Source: a virus. From it: DNA of 64,000 bases. The notes beneath the pieces are model-generated. The model had not been told where the DNA came from. It did not search any database and saw only the letters and a list, made by a program, of their open reading frames with translations. How positions within the stretch are numbered: the first letter of the stretch is position 1; the number at the start of each line of letters is the position of its first letter. The stretch lies in the IMG/VR virus record IMGVR_UViG_3300033489_000003, positions 1 through 64,000 of that record. The stretch is one strand, 5' to 3'. Shown piece by piece: positions 18,944 through 29,350 of this stretch. A program made the position numbers and the translations under genes.

Positions 18944-19584
18944 TGCAGGCAGTCGGTACCAAAGAAGAGCAGATTCCAGCGTCCGAGCTTTGGACGAAGC
19001 TTGCGTCGCAGAAGCGTCCGACCAAAGAGGTAGACTTCCCGCGCGCTGACCCGGAGACGGGTGAGCCGATGGGCAAGCTGCTGATGCGGCCGCTCAAGCA
19101 AGGCGAGATCCTCGCCGCGCAGTCGGCGGCGCTCAAGTACGCCAAGACGCTCGTCGCGTCCGACCCGGAGCTTGCCGCGCGCATCGAAGGCTCGCCCGTG
19201 TACCAGAACGCGTGCGCGTGCGAGATCTTGTTCCGTGCGTGCATGCGCATCGAGAACCCGTCTCTTCCGCTGTTTCCTACCGCGGCTAGCGTGCGCGACG
19301 TGCGCAACGGGCTAACGACCGACGAGGTAGGTGTGCTGATGAACGCGTACGAGTTCGTCCAGCTCGAGCTCGGACCTATCGCGGCGTTTCTGTCGGAGCC
19401 AGCGCGCGAAGCGCTGATCGAGCGTCTTCGGGAGGGCGGCTCGGCCATCCCTTTAGCTTCACTCTCGTTGGCTCAATGGACCGACCTGACCATGCATTTG
19501 GTGTCGCGATGTCCGAGCTCAGCGATGGGCAGTATTTTGCCTGGTACGCAGCCAGAAGAGCTTACCTTGAGCACGAGCGAATGA
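18943..19584 (+). CDS. tail assembly chaperone; predicted -1 frameshift variant ends at 19595
   Basis: Between tube and tape measure genes; slippery site C CCT TTA. Confidence 0.65.
   Translation: MQAVGTKEEQIPASELWTKLASQKRPTKEVDFPRADPETGEPMGKLLMRPLKQGEILAAQSAALKYAKTLVASDPELAARIEGSPVYQNACACEILFRACMRIENPSLPLFPTAASVRDVRNGLTTDEVGVLMNAYEFVQLELGPIAAFLSEPAREALIERLREGGSAIPLASLSLAQWTDLTMHLVSRCPSSAMGSILPGTQPEELTLSTSE
19449..19455 (+). other. putative -1 programmed frameshift site CCCTTTA
   Basis: X XXY YYZ heptamer in the correct phase; -1 frame open to TAG 19593-19595. Confidence 0.55.
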
Positions 19585-19689
19585 CGAACGCGTAGCTTTC
19601 AAATCCAATTGTCGCAACTACTCTGCCCGCGCCTGTGCCCCATCGAGCACACGGTAGCGGGTTTTCAGCATTTCTAGACCCATGAACGA

Positions 19690-19803
19690 ATGCCTCTGAT
19701 GACGCTGGATCAATTGCTCGCCGAGATGCTTAGCCCTTACGGGTTCACTCGGTTGAAGCGCGACAGGCACTGGTACGTGATGCTCGGCAGGCTGGTGGCG
19801 TAG
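19690..19803 (+). CDS. 37-aa mini-ORF resembling a segment of the baseplate hub
   Basis: MTLDQLLAEMLSPYGFTRL versus LTLEHLLTDLLTPYGFTKF encoded from 23287. Confidence 0.35.
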   Translation: MPLMTLDQLLAEMLSPYGFTRLKRDRHWYVMLGRLVA

Positions 19804-19804
19804 A

Positions 19805-22009
19805 GTGGCGACCCCGGTCGAAATCCTCTTTTCTGTCCCAAACTTCCGTGATGTACAAAGTGCGATCGGAAACGTTCAGAGTTCGCTAGATAAGCTATCA
19901 CGCGCCGGACAGTCGGCGCACGACCGCGCAGCGAAGGCCGCTGATAAGAGTTTCAAGGATACGGCGAAGGCGGCAGACAAGTCTTCGCGCGAAGCGACGC
20001 GTGCGGTTGACCGAGAGGCGCGCGAGCAGATTCGGATTAGGAATGCCGTTAATCAGCTCGAAGTAAAAAGCTGGCAGGAAAAGGAGCGCGCGAAGACGCG
20101 CTCTCTTAACGAAGAGGCGCGCAAACGCGCCAATGCAGAGAAGGCTACGTTTCAGGAGTCGAAGACGGCGCACGAGCGCCTAGTCCGCGATGCTGAATCC
20201 CGCGCCCGCTCATTCGGGCGCGCCGGCGGCGGCGCTGTTACCCGCGCACTCGGCACGGCCGGTCGCATCGCCGGAACGGTCGCAGCGATCGGCGGCGGGT
20301 TCACGATCGCCGACGCGCTTGGCAAGGGTATCCGCGATGAAACTACTTCGGGAATCATCTTCCGCGGCGCCGCGAACAAGGGCGGCTTCGGCAGTTCCAA
20401 AGAGGTAAAGGATCTCGCCCAGGCGACCGCCATCAAGACTGGCGGCACCACAGAGGAGATGCTTGCCGGTCTCGACCAGTTCGTACGCAAGACGGGCGAT
20501 CTAGGCGCCGCTAGGAACATGCTCGAGGACATGGCGAAGATGTCGGCCGCGACCGGCACGAACTTCGCCGATCTTGGCAACACGGCAGCCGAGGTGCAGA
20601 ACCAACTTCAGGATCCGAAGAAGACGCTGGAGGTCATGCGCGCCCTTATCGGACAGGGCATGGCCGGTGCCATCGACATCAAGGACCTCGGGCAGTACGG
20701 CGGCAGGCTAGCGGCGAGTGCGGCGCAATACGAAGGCGGTCTCGCCGGCAACATCGAAAGCTTCGGCGCGATTGCGCAGCTCGCGAAGAAGCTCGGCGGT
20801 GCCACCGATACGGCAGAGGCGACGGAGTCAGTAGCGCGTCTGTCGTCGGACATGGCCAAGCACGAGTCAGGTTTCAAGGCAATCGGCGTGGATGTTTTCG
20901 CAGACAAGGGTAAGACGAAGTTTAGAAACGCTGAAGACGTCATCACGGAGTCTGTCGTCAAGTCCGGCGGCAACATGACGATTCTCAAGGAGCTCTTCGG
21001 TGAGCGCTCGATACGTGCAGCGATTGGCGCGCAGGTAGCGTACGCCAATGCCGGCGGAGGGTCGGCAGGGGAAGCTGCGATTCGCGGGCAGTTCAGTTCT
21101 CTTAAATCGAACACTCCTACGCAGTCCGCCATCGACAAGGGCGCGGCCGAAGCGATGGAAGAGCGCCAGCGCAAGATCAACGTAGCGCTTGAGAAACTTG
21201 GCAAGGTATTCGACGAGCAACTTGGGCCGCTCATCCCGAAGCTGGTCGAGAAGCTCATCGAGCTAATCCCCGCTATAGAGTCGATGCTCAAGTTTTTCAC
21301 CAACCAGTCGGCATGGGTCGGCGTCGGCGCGCTTGTCGGCGCAGCGCTGGTTGCCGAAATCGCGACCGCTGGCATTGGCGCAGGCGTTGGCGCCGCGCTA
21401 ACTGCTGTCATCAAGGCCATTACGGTTCCGGCCGCGGCGTCATCGGTCGCGTCCGTGATAGGAAGCGCCGGCATGAGCGCTGCTGGTGGCGCAGCGGCAG
21501 CTGGCGCAGGGACAGCAACCGGCGCAGGGGCCGCCGCAGTCGGCACGTGGGCACTTGGCACGGCTGCTGGCTTCGCCGGCATTTTAGGAGTTGGCGTCGG
21601 TGCGCTTTATGGCATCAGCAAGATATCCCAATCGCGCGCAGAGGGCAGAGTGTCTGACGTGCTCGCCGAAGGTGAAGCAACGCCAGAAGAGAAGCGGAAG
21701 AAGCTCGCCGACGTGCAGAGCCTGATCGCTCAGTCCGCAGCAAGAGACGCGGCTAACAAGAAGCACCGAAATGCATCGGGCACGATCGTCAATACGGATC
21801 TTGTCACGCCTGACGAAGCTACAGCGATGGGGTCTTCAACGGCCGTGGCGGCTTCTAAGGAAATGGAGAAGCTCACTACGGTTCTACAGTCGCTCCAGCA
21901 GAGCCTTCAGCAGATGAACGAGAAGGCGAAAGAGATTGCGTCGATCGAAGTGCCAACCGGAGGCCCAACGAACCCTGGCGATCCGACCCGCGGTAGCGCC
22001 GCGCGGTAA
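19805..22009 (+). CDS. tape measure protein
   Basis: 734 aa, Ala/Gly-rich and helical; LKELFGERS motif; synteny. Confidence 0.8.
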   Translation: MATPVEILFSVPNFRDVQSAIGNVQSSLDKLSRAGQSAHDRAAKAADKSFKDTAKAADKSSREATRAVDREAREQIRIRNAVNQLEVKSWQEKERAKTRSLNEEARKRANAEKATFQESKTAHERLVRDAESRARSFGRAGGGAVTRALGTAGRIAGTVAAIGGGFTIADALGKGIRDETTSGIIFRGAANKGGFGSSKEVKDLAQATAIKTGGTTEEMLAGLDQFVRKTGDLGAARNMLEDMAKMSAATGTNFADLGNTAAEVQNQLQDPKKTLEVMRALIGQGMAGAIDIKDLGQYGGRLAASAAQYEGGLAGNIESFGAIAQLAKKLGGATDTAEATESVARLSSDMAKHESGFKAIGVDVFADKGKTKFRNAEDVITESVVKSGGNMTILKELFGERSIRAAIGAQVAYANAGGGSAGEAAIRGQFSSLKSNTPTQSAIDKGAAEAMEERQRKINVALEKLGKVFDEQLGPLIPKLVEKLIELIPAIESMLKFFTNQSAWVGVGALVGAALVAEIATAGIGAGVGAALTAVIKAITVPAAASSVASVIGSAGMSAAGGAAAAGAGTATGAGAAAVGTWALGTAAGFAGILGVGVGALYGISKISQSRAEGRVSDVLAEGEATPEEKRKKLADVQSLIAQSAARDAANKKHRNASGTIVNTDLVTPDEATAMGSSTAVAASKEMEKLTTVLQSLQQSLQQMNEKAKEIASIEVPTGGPTNPGDPTRGSAAR

Positions 22010-22012
22010 CCC

Positions 22013-22942
22013 ATGACGACGTCGCTTGATGTCCTCGAGCAGCTCATCGGGCCCGAGTGGCGCGGAATCCCGTTTCCTCTCCTCGGCATGCGAACGTCCG
22101 GATCGACCGATATGGTCGAGCACAAGCGCCCAGACCAAGACGGCTTCCACGTGGAGGCTACGGGCGCGAACAACCTCGTCATCACGGCCACGATTCCGTT
22201 TCGAAATAGCCTAAGGGCAGCGCCGAGCGAGAAGTGGGCAGGTCAGACACTCTTCCCAGACATTTTTCGTAGGTTCGTGGCAGCTTGCGCCAACGCGATG
22301 ACGGGTGAACTCGTTCACCCTGATCTAGGAAAGCTGAACGTAAAGTGTCGCACGTTCAATTGGAACTACGATCCGAACAAGCGCGACGGTTGTGACTTCG
22401 ACGTTGAGTGGGTGCAATCGCTCGACGACGGCGAGTTCATTGGATCCATCTCGGTCTACTCGCCTGTCGCTACCGGCATCGCGGTCGCGTCTAAGCTCGA
22501 CGAGCAGATCGTCATAATGTTCCCGGCTCCGCCGGAGCTCCTGGAGGATCCAGTCTCCTTCTCCGACATGATGCGGTCGCTCCAAGCGATCCCGGATACC
22601 GCTACGCTTCTATCGAAGCAAGTCGGCGGCATCTTTCACCGCATCGTAGCTAAACTCGACCGACTCGAAGACGCGCTGGCGCGGTTCAACGCTACCCGAT
22701 GGTGGCCAATCGTCGACGGCATGGAGCACCTGCGCGCGACGGTCTTTGACCTTCAACGCAAGTTCGCCGTCGATCACAAGGCGATCCGCGAATACCTCGT
22801 GCGCGTGCCGTCGACGCTTGCGGTACTGGCGCAGCTTCTTGACCAGAAGCTCGATGACATGATCCGTCTGAATCGCGACAAGCTCGAGAAGCCGGTGATT
22901 CCCGCGGGCGCTCGCGTCAAGTACTACAAGGTCGCGGCTTGA
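22013..22942 (+). CDS. Mu gpN-like DNA circularization/tail protein
   Basis: WRGIPF...VEHKRP...VEATG...GELVHPDLG; LysM-like C-terminus. Confidence 0.78.
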   Translation: MTTSLDVLEQLIGPEWRGIPFPLLGMRTSGSTDMVEHKRPDQDGFHVEATGANNLVITATIPFRNSLRAAPSEKWAGQTLFPDIFRRFVAACANAMTGELVHPDLGKLNVKCRTFNWNYDPNKRDGCDFDVEWVQSLDDGEFIGSISVYSPVATGIAVASKLDEQIVIMFPAPPELLEDPVSFSDMMRSLQAIPDTATLLSKQVGGIFHRIVAKLDRLEDALARFNATRWWPIVDGMEHLRATVFDLQRKFAVDHKAIREYLVRVPSTLAVLAQLLDQKLDDMIRLNRDKLEKPVIPAGARVKYYKVAA

Positions 22943-24360
22943 CCGTTGGAGCTGGCGAATATGGCGTCATGTCGCTGCGGGTTGGCGACACTGAGATCAC
23001 CGTATACAAGGCGTACACGGTCAACTCCCACTTTCTCGCGCCCACTGATGCGTTCCACCTCATCATCGGCGACGAGGTTCTGACCGACGAGATTCTTGAC
23101 ATACTGGTTCCTGGTAGGAGATGCCAGCTTCTCATCGACGGCGCCCCTCAGTGCGCCGGCTACATCGCTGTAGTCGATACGACTGGCGACCGCATGACCG
23201 GAAACGTCGTCGTCGTCAACGGGTTTGATGTGTTTGCGCCGGTAGTCCGATCCGAGATCGACCCTAAGCGCAGATACCCAGAAAAGCTAACGCTGGAACA
23301 CCTGCTGACAGACCTCCTGACGCCTTACGGATTCACGAAGTTTGCAATCGACAACGATGAGAATCGCTCCGTTGCGGCGGATCGCGCACTCAAGCAACCG
23401 AAGGGCGCGAGACCGAAGAAGCTCTCAAGCGTTCCACGAAAGACGCGCGCGGCAGCGCCAAAAGCGCTTAAGCAATGGTCGCTCCAGAAAACGCGGCCCC
23501 ATAGTGGCGAGACGATGTTTCAGTTTCTTGGCCGCATCATGCAGCGCCAAGGCCTGTGGATGTGGCCGAACGTGCAAGGCGACGGGGTCATCATTGGGAA
23601 ACCGAACTACGATCAAGAGCCAGCGGCGGAGCTGCGGCGCAAACGCGGCGGCGCCAACAACAACATTATCCGCGGCGGCATAGTTAGGGACGGCACCGAT
23701 CAACCGAGCCACATCATCGCGACCGGCAAGATTCCTGCGCGCGAAGTGCAGCATTCGAAGATGCAGGTGGTGCTGGACAACCACTTCACCGGAAAGTTCA
23801 GCCCCACAGGGGAATTCAAGTTCAGCAGGTCACAAGGCGCGCTTCGCAACGAAGACGGCTCGCTACCGGCCTTGCCGGCGCCGCCCAAGGTCTCTCCGTT
23901 GACAGCGATTGAGAAACGGCACGCTGGACCCCTGGAGCCGAGGCGCACGGAAGACGGCTCATTCAGCGAGGATTACTTCGTCGTTCATGAAGAGCTGAAG
24001 AAGTGGACGACACGCGTAAAGGCGGAGCCCGTAACGCTCGTCAACCCATTCGCGTCGCTAGTTTCTACGCCGAAGTATGTGCGCGACGACGAGAGCACGA
24101 CGATCGACCAACTACAGAACTTCGCGCGTCGTCAGATGAGCCTTCACCAGAGGCACGCGTTCGTCGCCACCTACGTGATAGCGGGCCACCGCTTCGACAA
24201 CGGGGTGATTCCGCAGATCGACATGGTCGTCTCAGTGCAGGACGACCGCTCTCGATTCAGCGGGCCGCTTTGGATCGTGGGTCGCACGTTCAGCAAGAGC
24301 CGCCAGACAGGCACGACTACTGAGCTAGAAATGTTGCCGCTAAACGCGCTGTTCTTTTAG
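22939..24360 (+). CDS. baseplate hub protein (Mu gpP-like)
   Basis: GETMFQFLGRI...QGLW; WIVGRTFSKSRQTGTTTELEM. Confidence 0.75.
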   Translation: MTVGAGEYGVMSLRVGDTEITVYKAYTVNSHFLAPTDAFHLIIGDEVLTDEILDILVPGRRCQLLIDGAPQCAGYIAVVDTTGDRMTGNVVVVNGFDVFAPVVRSEIDPKRRYPEKLTLEHLLTDLLTPYGFTKFAIDNDENRSVAADRALKQPKGARPKKLSSVPRKTRAAAPKALKQWSLQKTRPHSGETMFQFLGRIMQRQGLWMWPNVQGDGVIIGKPNYDQEPAAELRRKRGGANNNIIRGGIVRDGTDQPSHIIATGKIPAREVQHSKMQVVLDNHFTGKFSPTGEFKFSRSQGALRNEDGSLPALPAPPKVSPLTAIEKRHAGPLEPRRTEDGSFSEDYFVVHEELKKWTTRVKAEPVTLVNPFASLVSTPKYVRDDESTTIDQLQNFARRQMSLHQRHAFVATYVIAGHRFDNGVIPQIDMVVSVQDDRSRFSGPLWIVGRTFSKSRQTGTTTELEMLPLNALFF

Positions 24361-25167
24361 ATGACCGAACCGTTCGATCTGTTTCACGTGCTGTCTTCGA
24401 AGATCGAGGACACGGGCGCCGTCATGCTTGGCATCGGCGACGCGCAAGCCGAGGTAGCGCACGACGAGCGCGTGGCGCTCATGCAGACGTCTGGCATTGT
24501 TTCGATACCGCCAGTCGGCTCAGAAATCCTTGCTTTCGAAACGTCGTCCGGTTTCATCGGTGTTGCGGGGCGCGACATTCGTACCGGCGACATCGCCGGC
24601 AACATGCAGCCAGGCGAGACAACGGTCTATGCCCCTGGCTCGCAAGCGTGCACGCTCTACAAGCTCGACGGGTCCGTCACGCATATGACGACGACGACCG
24701 GGCTGAGCACAGGGCAGACCGTCTACGAACGGATGTCGCCGACCGCATTCACTCGGTTGGCCGGATGGGGCAAGGAAACGTTCGACGCGACCGGCTACCA
24801 CCTTTTCACGTTCTCCGGTGCGCGCCTCGACATGGGCGGCATCGGAGGGCTGCCGGCGCCCCTAAGCTCGCTTGGTTCGTACGCGAAACTGTCGGCCAAG
24901 ATGATTCAGATCGAGGCATCGATCGTGGCGCTCGGCCCGCGCGCTGCGGCGGCGGACGCGGCGGCAAAGGCAACGCCTGTGATTCTAGCCCTCAACGCGC
25001 TGAACACAGTTTTGGCGGCTCTCCTGGCGCCAGGAGCCTACGTGTCCGCTGCTCCTGGCTTACCAGCCGTTCCGGGCCCAGGGCTCATCGCGGCCATCGC
25101 CACGGCTCAAGCAACGCTCGGCGCGTCACCGGCGCTCATCCCATCTAACAGCGTGACCGTTACCTGA
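24361..25167 (+). CDS. baseplate spike (Mu gp45-like)
   Basis: GIVSIPPVG...MQPGETTVY. Confidence 0.7.
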   Translation: MTEPFDLFHVLSSKIEDTGAVMLGIGDAQAEVAHDERVALMQTSGIVSIPPVGSEILAFETSSGFIGVAGRDIRTGDIAGNMQPGETTVYAPGSQACTLYKLDGSVTHMTTTTGLSTGQTVYERMSPTAFTRLAGWGKETFDATGYHLFTFSGARLDMGGIGGLPAPLSSLGSYAKLSAKMIQIEASIVALGPRAAAADAAAKATPVILALNALNTVLAALLAPGAYVSAAPGLPAVPGPGLIAAIATAQATLGASPALIPSNSVTVT

Positions 25168-25454
25168 TGGCGTGTATCGATCTACCGTCGTTTCCGCTAC
25201 CGCCGCTGCCGTTGCCGTTTTTGATTCCCGCGCTGCCAGCGTTCCCATTCCCGTCGCAGCCGAAGCTGTGCTGCCAACTGCCCGACATTGCCGCGATGAT
25301 CCTAGCGCAACTCCCACCGATTCCACTGCCGCCAACGACGCTGAATCCGGCCGAAGTGGCGATCGTTGTGGCCGCATTCCAAGAGGCGATCGCCACTGTG
25401 CAGCTGTACGTGGACGGTCTCATCCCGCCTTGTCCGAAAGTGAGTGAACTCTAG
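25167..25454 (+). CDS. Pro/Cys-rich hypothetical protein
   Basis: Coupled ORF. Confidence 0.5.
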   Translation: MACIDLPSFPLPPLPLPFLIPALPAFPFPSQPKLCCQLPDIAAMILAQLPPIPLPPTTLNPAEVAIVVAAFQEAIATVQLYVDGLIPPCPKVSEL

Positions 25455-26074
25455 TGCCCGGAATCTCCGCGCAGCAAGGCGTCACCACCGTCAATGCCGC
25501 AGGCGGCTCGTCATTCGCTTCGCCGCAGACCGGCATCACCACCGGCACACTCGTCACGCTTGCGCTCGTCGGAGCGACGCACGACGCCTACCTGTGGTCG
25601 CTGGCGGGACCGGCCGGCAGCGAGGCTGTGCTTTCCGACGTAGCCGCTGCGGGTCCGACGTTCACGCCAACGATCGGAAGCGACGCGTGGCTCGTCATCC
25701 TGCAAGGGCTCGACGCCGACGGCGTCGTAGAGGCAACGTACCTCCTACCGCTCTCCATCCCGCAAGTCGCACTCGCGTACTTCGTCGGCCCGCTGGCGCT
25801 CGCGTACGTCGCGCCAGCGACAATCGACACGCCTGGCATCGGTCAGTTTCTCTACCAAGACTTGAGCAAGGCAGGCGCCCTCTCGGCGAAGGACGCGTCG
25901 GCGGTGACGCGGCAGGTCGGGATCGTGCGCTCCGGCACCACAGGCGCGCGGCCAGCTACCACCAACCTCGACATCGGCACCACATACTTCGACACGACGC
26001 TTGCCGCCGGCGCAGGGAAGCCGATCTACTGGAACGGGACCATTTGGGTCCTGGCTGACGGGACGGCCGCCTGA
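25454..26074 (+). CDS. putative virion protein (PKD-like)
   Basis: YLWSLAGPAGS...PTFTP; FDTTL...KPIYWNGTIW. Confidence 0.6.
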   Translation: MPGISAQQGVTTVNAAGGSSFASPQTGITTGTLVTLALVGATHDAYLWSLAGPAGSEAVLSDVAAAGPTFTPTIGSDAWLVILQGLDADGVVEATYLLPLSIPQVALAYFVGPLALAYVAPATIDTPGIGQFLYQDLSKAGALSAKDASAVTRQVGIVRSGTTGARPATTNLDIGTTYFDTTLAAGAGKPIYWNGTIWVLADGTAA

Positions 26075-26586
26075 TGGTCGCCCCTTCCCGCGGCATGGGC
26101 GTGTCTCCTTTTGGACTATCCGCATACGGGTACGGGACTCCCGTGGTCGCCCCCATCCCAGGCGGCGCCGTCTACCGCGACGACCACGGCGTCATTCGCG
26201 GCAGCCGCAAGCTGAAGTTCGGCGACCGCAGCTCGTTGCTACCAATCCGCACTGGAGCGAAATACGAGTACGACTCCTACGGTCGTGCGAAGGGCATGCC
26301 GGACGTCCAGCACCTAGTCACGATCGCGGCGCTCATGGTGAAGGGATCGTCGGTCGCCAAGGACATTGGCAATCGCTTCTACGAAGCCCGCTACGTCACG
26401 CCCAACTTGCAGCAAGAAATGGAAGCGCGCGTTCAAGAGGCATTCAAGCCGCTCATCGACCAGGAGTTTATCCGCATCGACTCGATCACGGTCGAACCCA
26501 ACGGCGGAATGCCGACGGTGACGCGCGTTCGAATCACCGATCTAACGATCGAGCTTCCGCTCGATGAAGTCACGATCACTGGCTGA
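26074..26586 (+). CDS. baseplate wedge protein (gp25/Mu gp46-like)
   Basis: Synteny; VQEAFKPLID. Confidence 0.55.
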   Translation: MVAPSRGMGVSPFGLSAYGYGTPVVAPIPGGAVYRDDHGVIRGSRKLKFGDRSSLLPIRTGAKYEYDSYGRAKGMPDVQHLVTIAALMVKGSSVAKDIGNRFYEARYVTPNLQQEMEARVQEAFKPLIDQEFIRIDSITVEPNGGMPTVTRVRITDLTIELPLDEVTITG

Positions 26587-28133
26587 TGGCAGACATCGAC
26601 GAATTCTACTCGCCCACGGTGGACGATCTAATAAACGCAAATCTGCGCGTTACGCGAAATGCGCTCATCCTGCGCGGCGTAGAGAACCCGAACGTGACTC
26701 GCGACAGCGACCATTACGTGCGAGCCCGCGCACTCGCGTTGAACCTTGTTCCCGCGTACCGGAACGGCGTCATCATGGGCGATCAGATGATGCCAGACAC
26801 CGCCACGGGCGAGCGGCTGGTGCGGCACCTGAAGATCTACGGTCTGACGCCTCTCACTGCGGCCGGCGCTAGCGGAAACATCATCCTGACGACGAGCACG
26901 ACGACGCTCGTCCCGGTCGACTCGCAGCTCATCGACGACGTTGGCCAGGTCTACCGGGTCACGGTCGGCGGCAATTACGACGACGGCGACGAGATCCCTG
27001 TCATTGGCGTCTCGACCGGCAAGTCGACAGACCACGACGAAGACGACATCCTGCAATGGGTCGACCAGCCGGCATTCGCGGATCCGCTTGCCGCGGTGGC
27101 GTCGCCTGGGCTCATCGGCGGCGCCGACACGGACGAGGACGAAGACAGCAGATCGCTGCTCTACACGCACCTTCGCAATCCGGCCGGCGGCGGCAATTGG
27201 TCGCAAATCATCGCGTGGGCGAAAGCTGCAAGCTCGAGCGTGAAGGCGGCGTTCGTTTACCCGGCGCTCGACGGCCCCGCGACCGTGGGCCTGAACTTGC
27301 TAGGGGAGCTCACGTACGACGTCGTCAACGGGTTCACGCGCGAGGTGTCGGCGACCGTGCGCACGCTTGTGCATGCTGCCGTTGCGGCGCAGCTCAATGC
27401 GCGCGGACACGTCAACCTGACGACGACGACGCCAACGGACTCTGGAGCAACGCCGAATGTAAACCTATCGGTGTCGATAGGGCTAGATCTGCCAGAATCA
27501 ACCGGCGCCGGCGGACCAGGCGGCGGATGGGTTGACGTGCGGCCATGGCCGATCCTTAACGGCGTAGCGACGCGGTGCACGGTCCTGTCGGTGACCGACT
27601 CGACGCACTTGATACTCACGTCGGACGAGGCTGGCACGACGCCAAGCGCCGACGGTCTCCAGGACGGCGTCACACAAATCGCTTGGTTCTCGCCAGTCTC
27701 GTACTCCGATGGAAACGCGGCCATCATCACGGCGACCGTGACGGCGCACGGCGGCACGACCGGCGCCATCACCGTTACGCTGTCGGCGCCATTCACTGGC
27801 ATCATCGCGGGCGACTACGTGTTTCCCAACGCGGAGAATCACGAAGTCTACGCGCAAGCGCTGCTGACGGCGATCGGCGACCTCGGTCCTGGGCAGTGGC
27901 ATCCCAATCTCGCGCTCGTGCCCGAAGCGGCGCGGCAGCCGCTCGTCAACCGACAACAGCCGAGCGACATCACGGGCTCGCTTCTCAAGCCGATCGTCGA
28001 CTCGGGCGAAGAGGTTGAGGACGCCCAGTACCTATACCGCTCGGCGACCACGCCCGGCGTTCCGGCAACGACAGCGGATAGCCCGTTCGTGTTCGTGCCA
28101 TCCAGGCTCGGGTTTTTCGACCGCATTCCCTAG
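26586..28133 (+). CDS. baseplate J/Mu gp47-like protein
   Basis: QMMPDTATG, GGADTDEDE...PAGGGN, AFVYPA...GPATV. Confidence 0.85.
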   Translation: MADIDEFYSPTVDDLINANLRVTRNALILRGVENPNVTRDSDHYVRARALALNLVPAYRNGVIMGDQMMPDTATGERLVRHLKIYGLTPLTAAGASGNIILTTSTTTLVPVDSQLIDDVGQVYRVTVGGNYDDGDEIPVIGVSTGKSTDHDEDDILQWVDQPAFADPLAAVASPGLIGGADTDEDEDSRSLLYTHLRNPAGGGNWSQIIAWAKAASSSVKAAFVYPALDGPATVGLNLLGELTYDVVNGFTREVSATVRTLVHAAVAAQLNARGHVNLTTTTPTDSGATPNVNLSVSIGLDLPESTGAGGPGGGWVDVRPWPILNGVATRCTVLSVTDSTHLILTSDEAGTTPSADGLQDGVTQIAWFSPVSYSDGNAAIITATVTAHGGTTGAITVTLSAPFTGIIAGDYVFPNAENHEVYAQALLTAIGDLGPGQWHPNLALVPEAARQPLVNRQQPSDITGSLLKPIVDSGEEVEDAQYLYRSATTPGVPATTADSPFVFVPSRLGFFDRIP

Positions 28134-28141
28134 GACCACAA

Positions 28142-28639
28142 ATGAGTTTGCCCGACGAAGCCACGCTCTCCGACACGTACGGGGGGCCGTACACGAACGA
28201 GCGCCCCGTCGAAGACCCGACGACGGAGATCGACGCTGATGCCGCTAGCGAGCTGATGAGCGATACCGCTGGGTGCACGCGGATGATCGCGCGAGCGTGG
28301 GTCAAGTTCAACGGGCTCACGTACACGTCCGGCACGCAGTCGATTCCGGTAAGCGACCATAACGCGACGTGGGGCGGATCTGCCGGCGTCATTCCTGTCG
28401 TCACGCAATCGGCCGCCGGCATCTACCTCATCACGTGGCCGGCGACCGTGACGGACGAGATCCTCGTCCTCCGAACGCTCAACATTCGCTACCCGCACGT
28501 GCCGAGCACGATCGACACAGCGCTTAGCAGCGGCAAGGTGTCGGCGTTTACAGCGAACACGATGACAGTCCGCACGTTCAACGCCGCTGGCGCCGCCGAC
28601 GCGCTCAACGCGATCCCTATCTTCTGTTCGTGGACATGA
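28142..28639 (+). CDS. hypothetical baseplate/tail protein
   Basis: RBS and synteny. Confidence 0.6.
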   Translation: MSLPDEATLSDTYGGPYTNERPVEDPTTEIDADAASELMSDTAGCTRMIARAWVKFNGLTYTSGTQSIPVSDHNATWGGSAGVIPVVTQSAAGIYLITWPATVTDEILVLRTLNIRYPHVPSTIDTALSSGKVSAFTANTMTVRTFNAAGAADALNAIPIFCSWT

Positions 28640-29323
28640 ATGGGCTTCGGCGGTCTTAACCCATTCCCGTTTCGATTCGGCGGCGGACCGTCGAATCAAC
28701 TGGTCATCTACCGATCTCTCAACGAGGGGCTCGGGACGGCGTTCGATACGACCGACGAGAGCACCGTCACGGCGGAGACGTCGGCGGACGCCCGCGCCAT
28801 CGCCGCCGTGTGGAGCGCAAACGCGCGTCTCGCCAACCAGATGGATCCGGCGAAGATGACGGATTTCCTGGGCCGGTGGGAAGACATCTTTGATCTTCGC
28901 CCGCATCGCAACGACTCTGACAACGCGCGCCGCGCCGTCGTGGCGCTCAAGTTTCTTGCGCTCAGCGCATCTCTCTACGGAACCATCGAGGAAGTGGCGG
29001 CCGCCATTATGGGCAGCGCGTATATCGATGTCCTGTATGCCGACCTCGTCACGGGCCATTCAAGTTGGCCAGGTGGCACTCCATCCGAGCCGACGATGTG
29101 GACGTCAAGCATCGCGCACGTACTCGTGCGTGTGGTTCGCTACGACGCGATCGTCGGCATGACGCAGCACGAGTTTTTTGATCGGCTGCGCCAATTGAAG
29201 TTCTTCCTGCGCGATTACATGGCGGCGTGGACCACTCTTGACTGGGCGTGGGACGGTAGTGGCGGACCAGGGTTCTATCTCGATGAGGACGGCAATCTCG
29301 ATGGTGAGTACTTCGACTCCTAG
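28640..29323 (+). CDS. baseplate protein (Mu gp48/DUF2313-like)
   Basis: DPAKMTDFLGRWEDIFDL...RRAVV. Confidence 0.65.
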   Translation: MGFGGLNPFPFRFGGGPSNQLVIYRSLNEGLGTAFDTTDESTVTAETSADARAIAAVWSANARLANQMDPAKMTDFLGRWEDIFDLRPHRNDSDNARRAVVALKFLALSASLYGTIEEVAAAIMGSAYIDVLYADLVTGHSSWPGGTPSEPTMWTSSIAHVLVRVVRYDAIVGMTQHEFFDRLRQLKFFLRDYMAAWTTLDWAWDGSGGPGFYLDEDGNLDGEYFDS

Positions 29324-29350
29324 GCGACGTGTCGCCATGCGAATAGCGCA

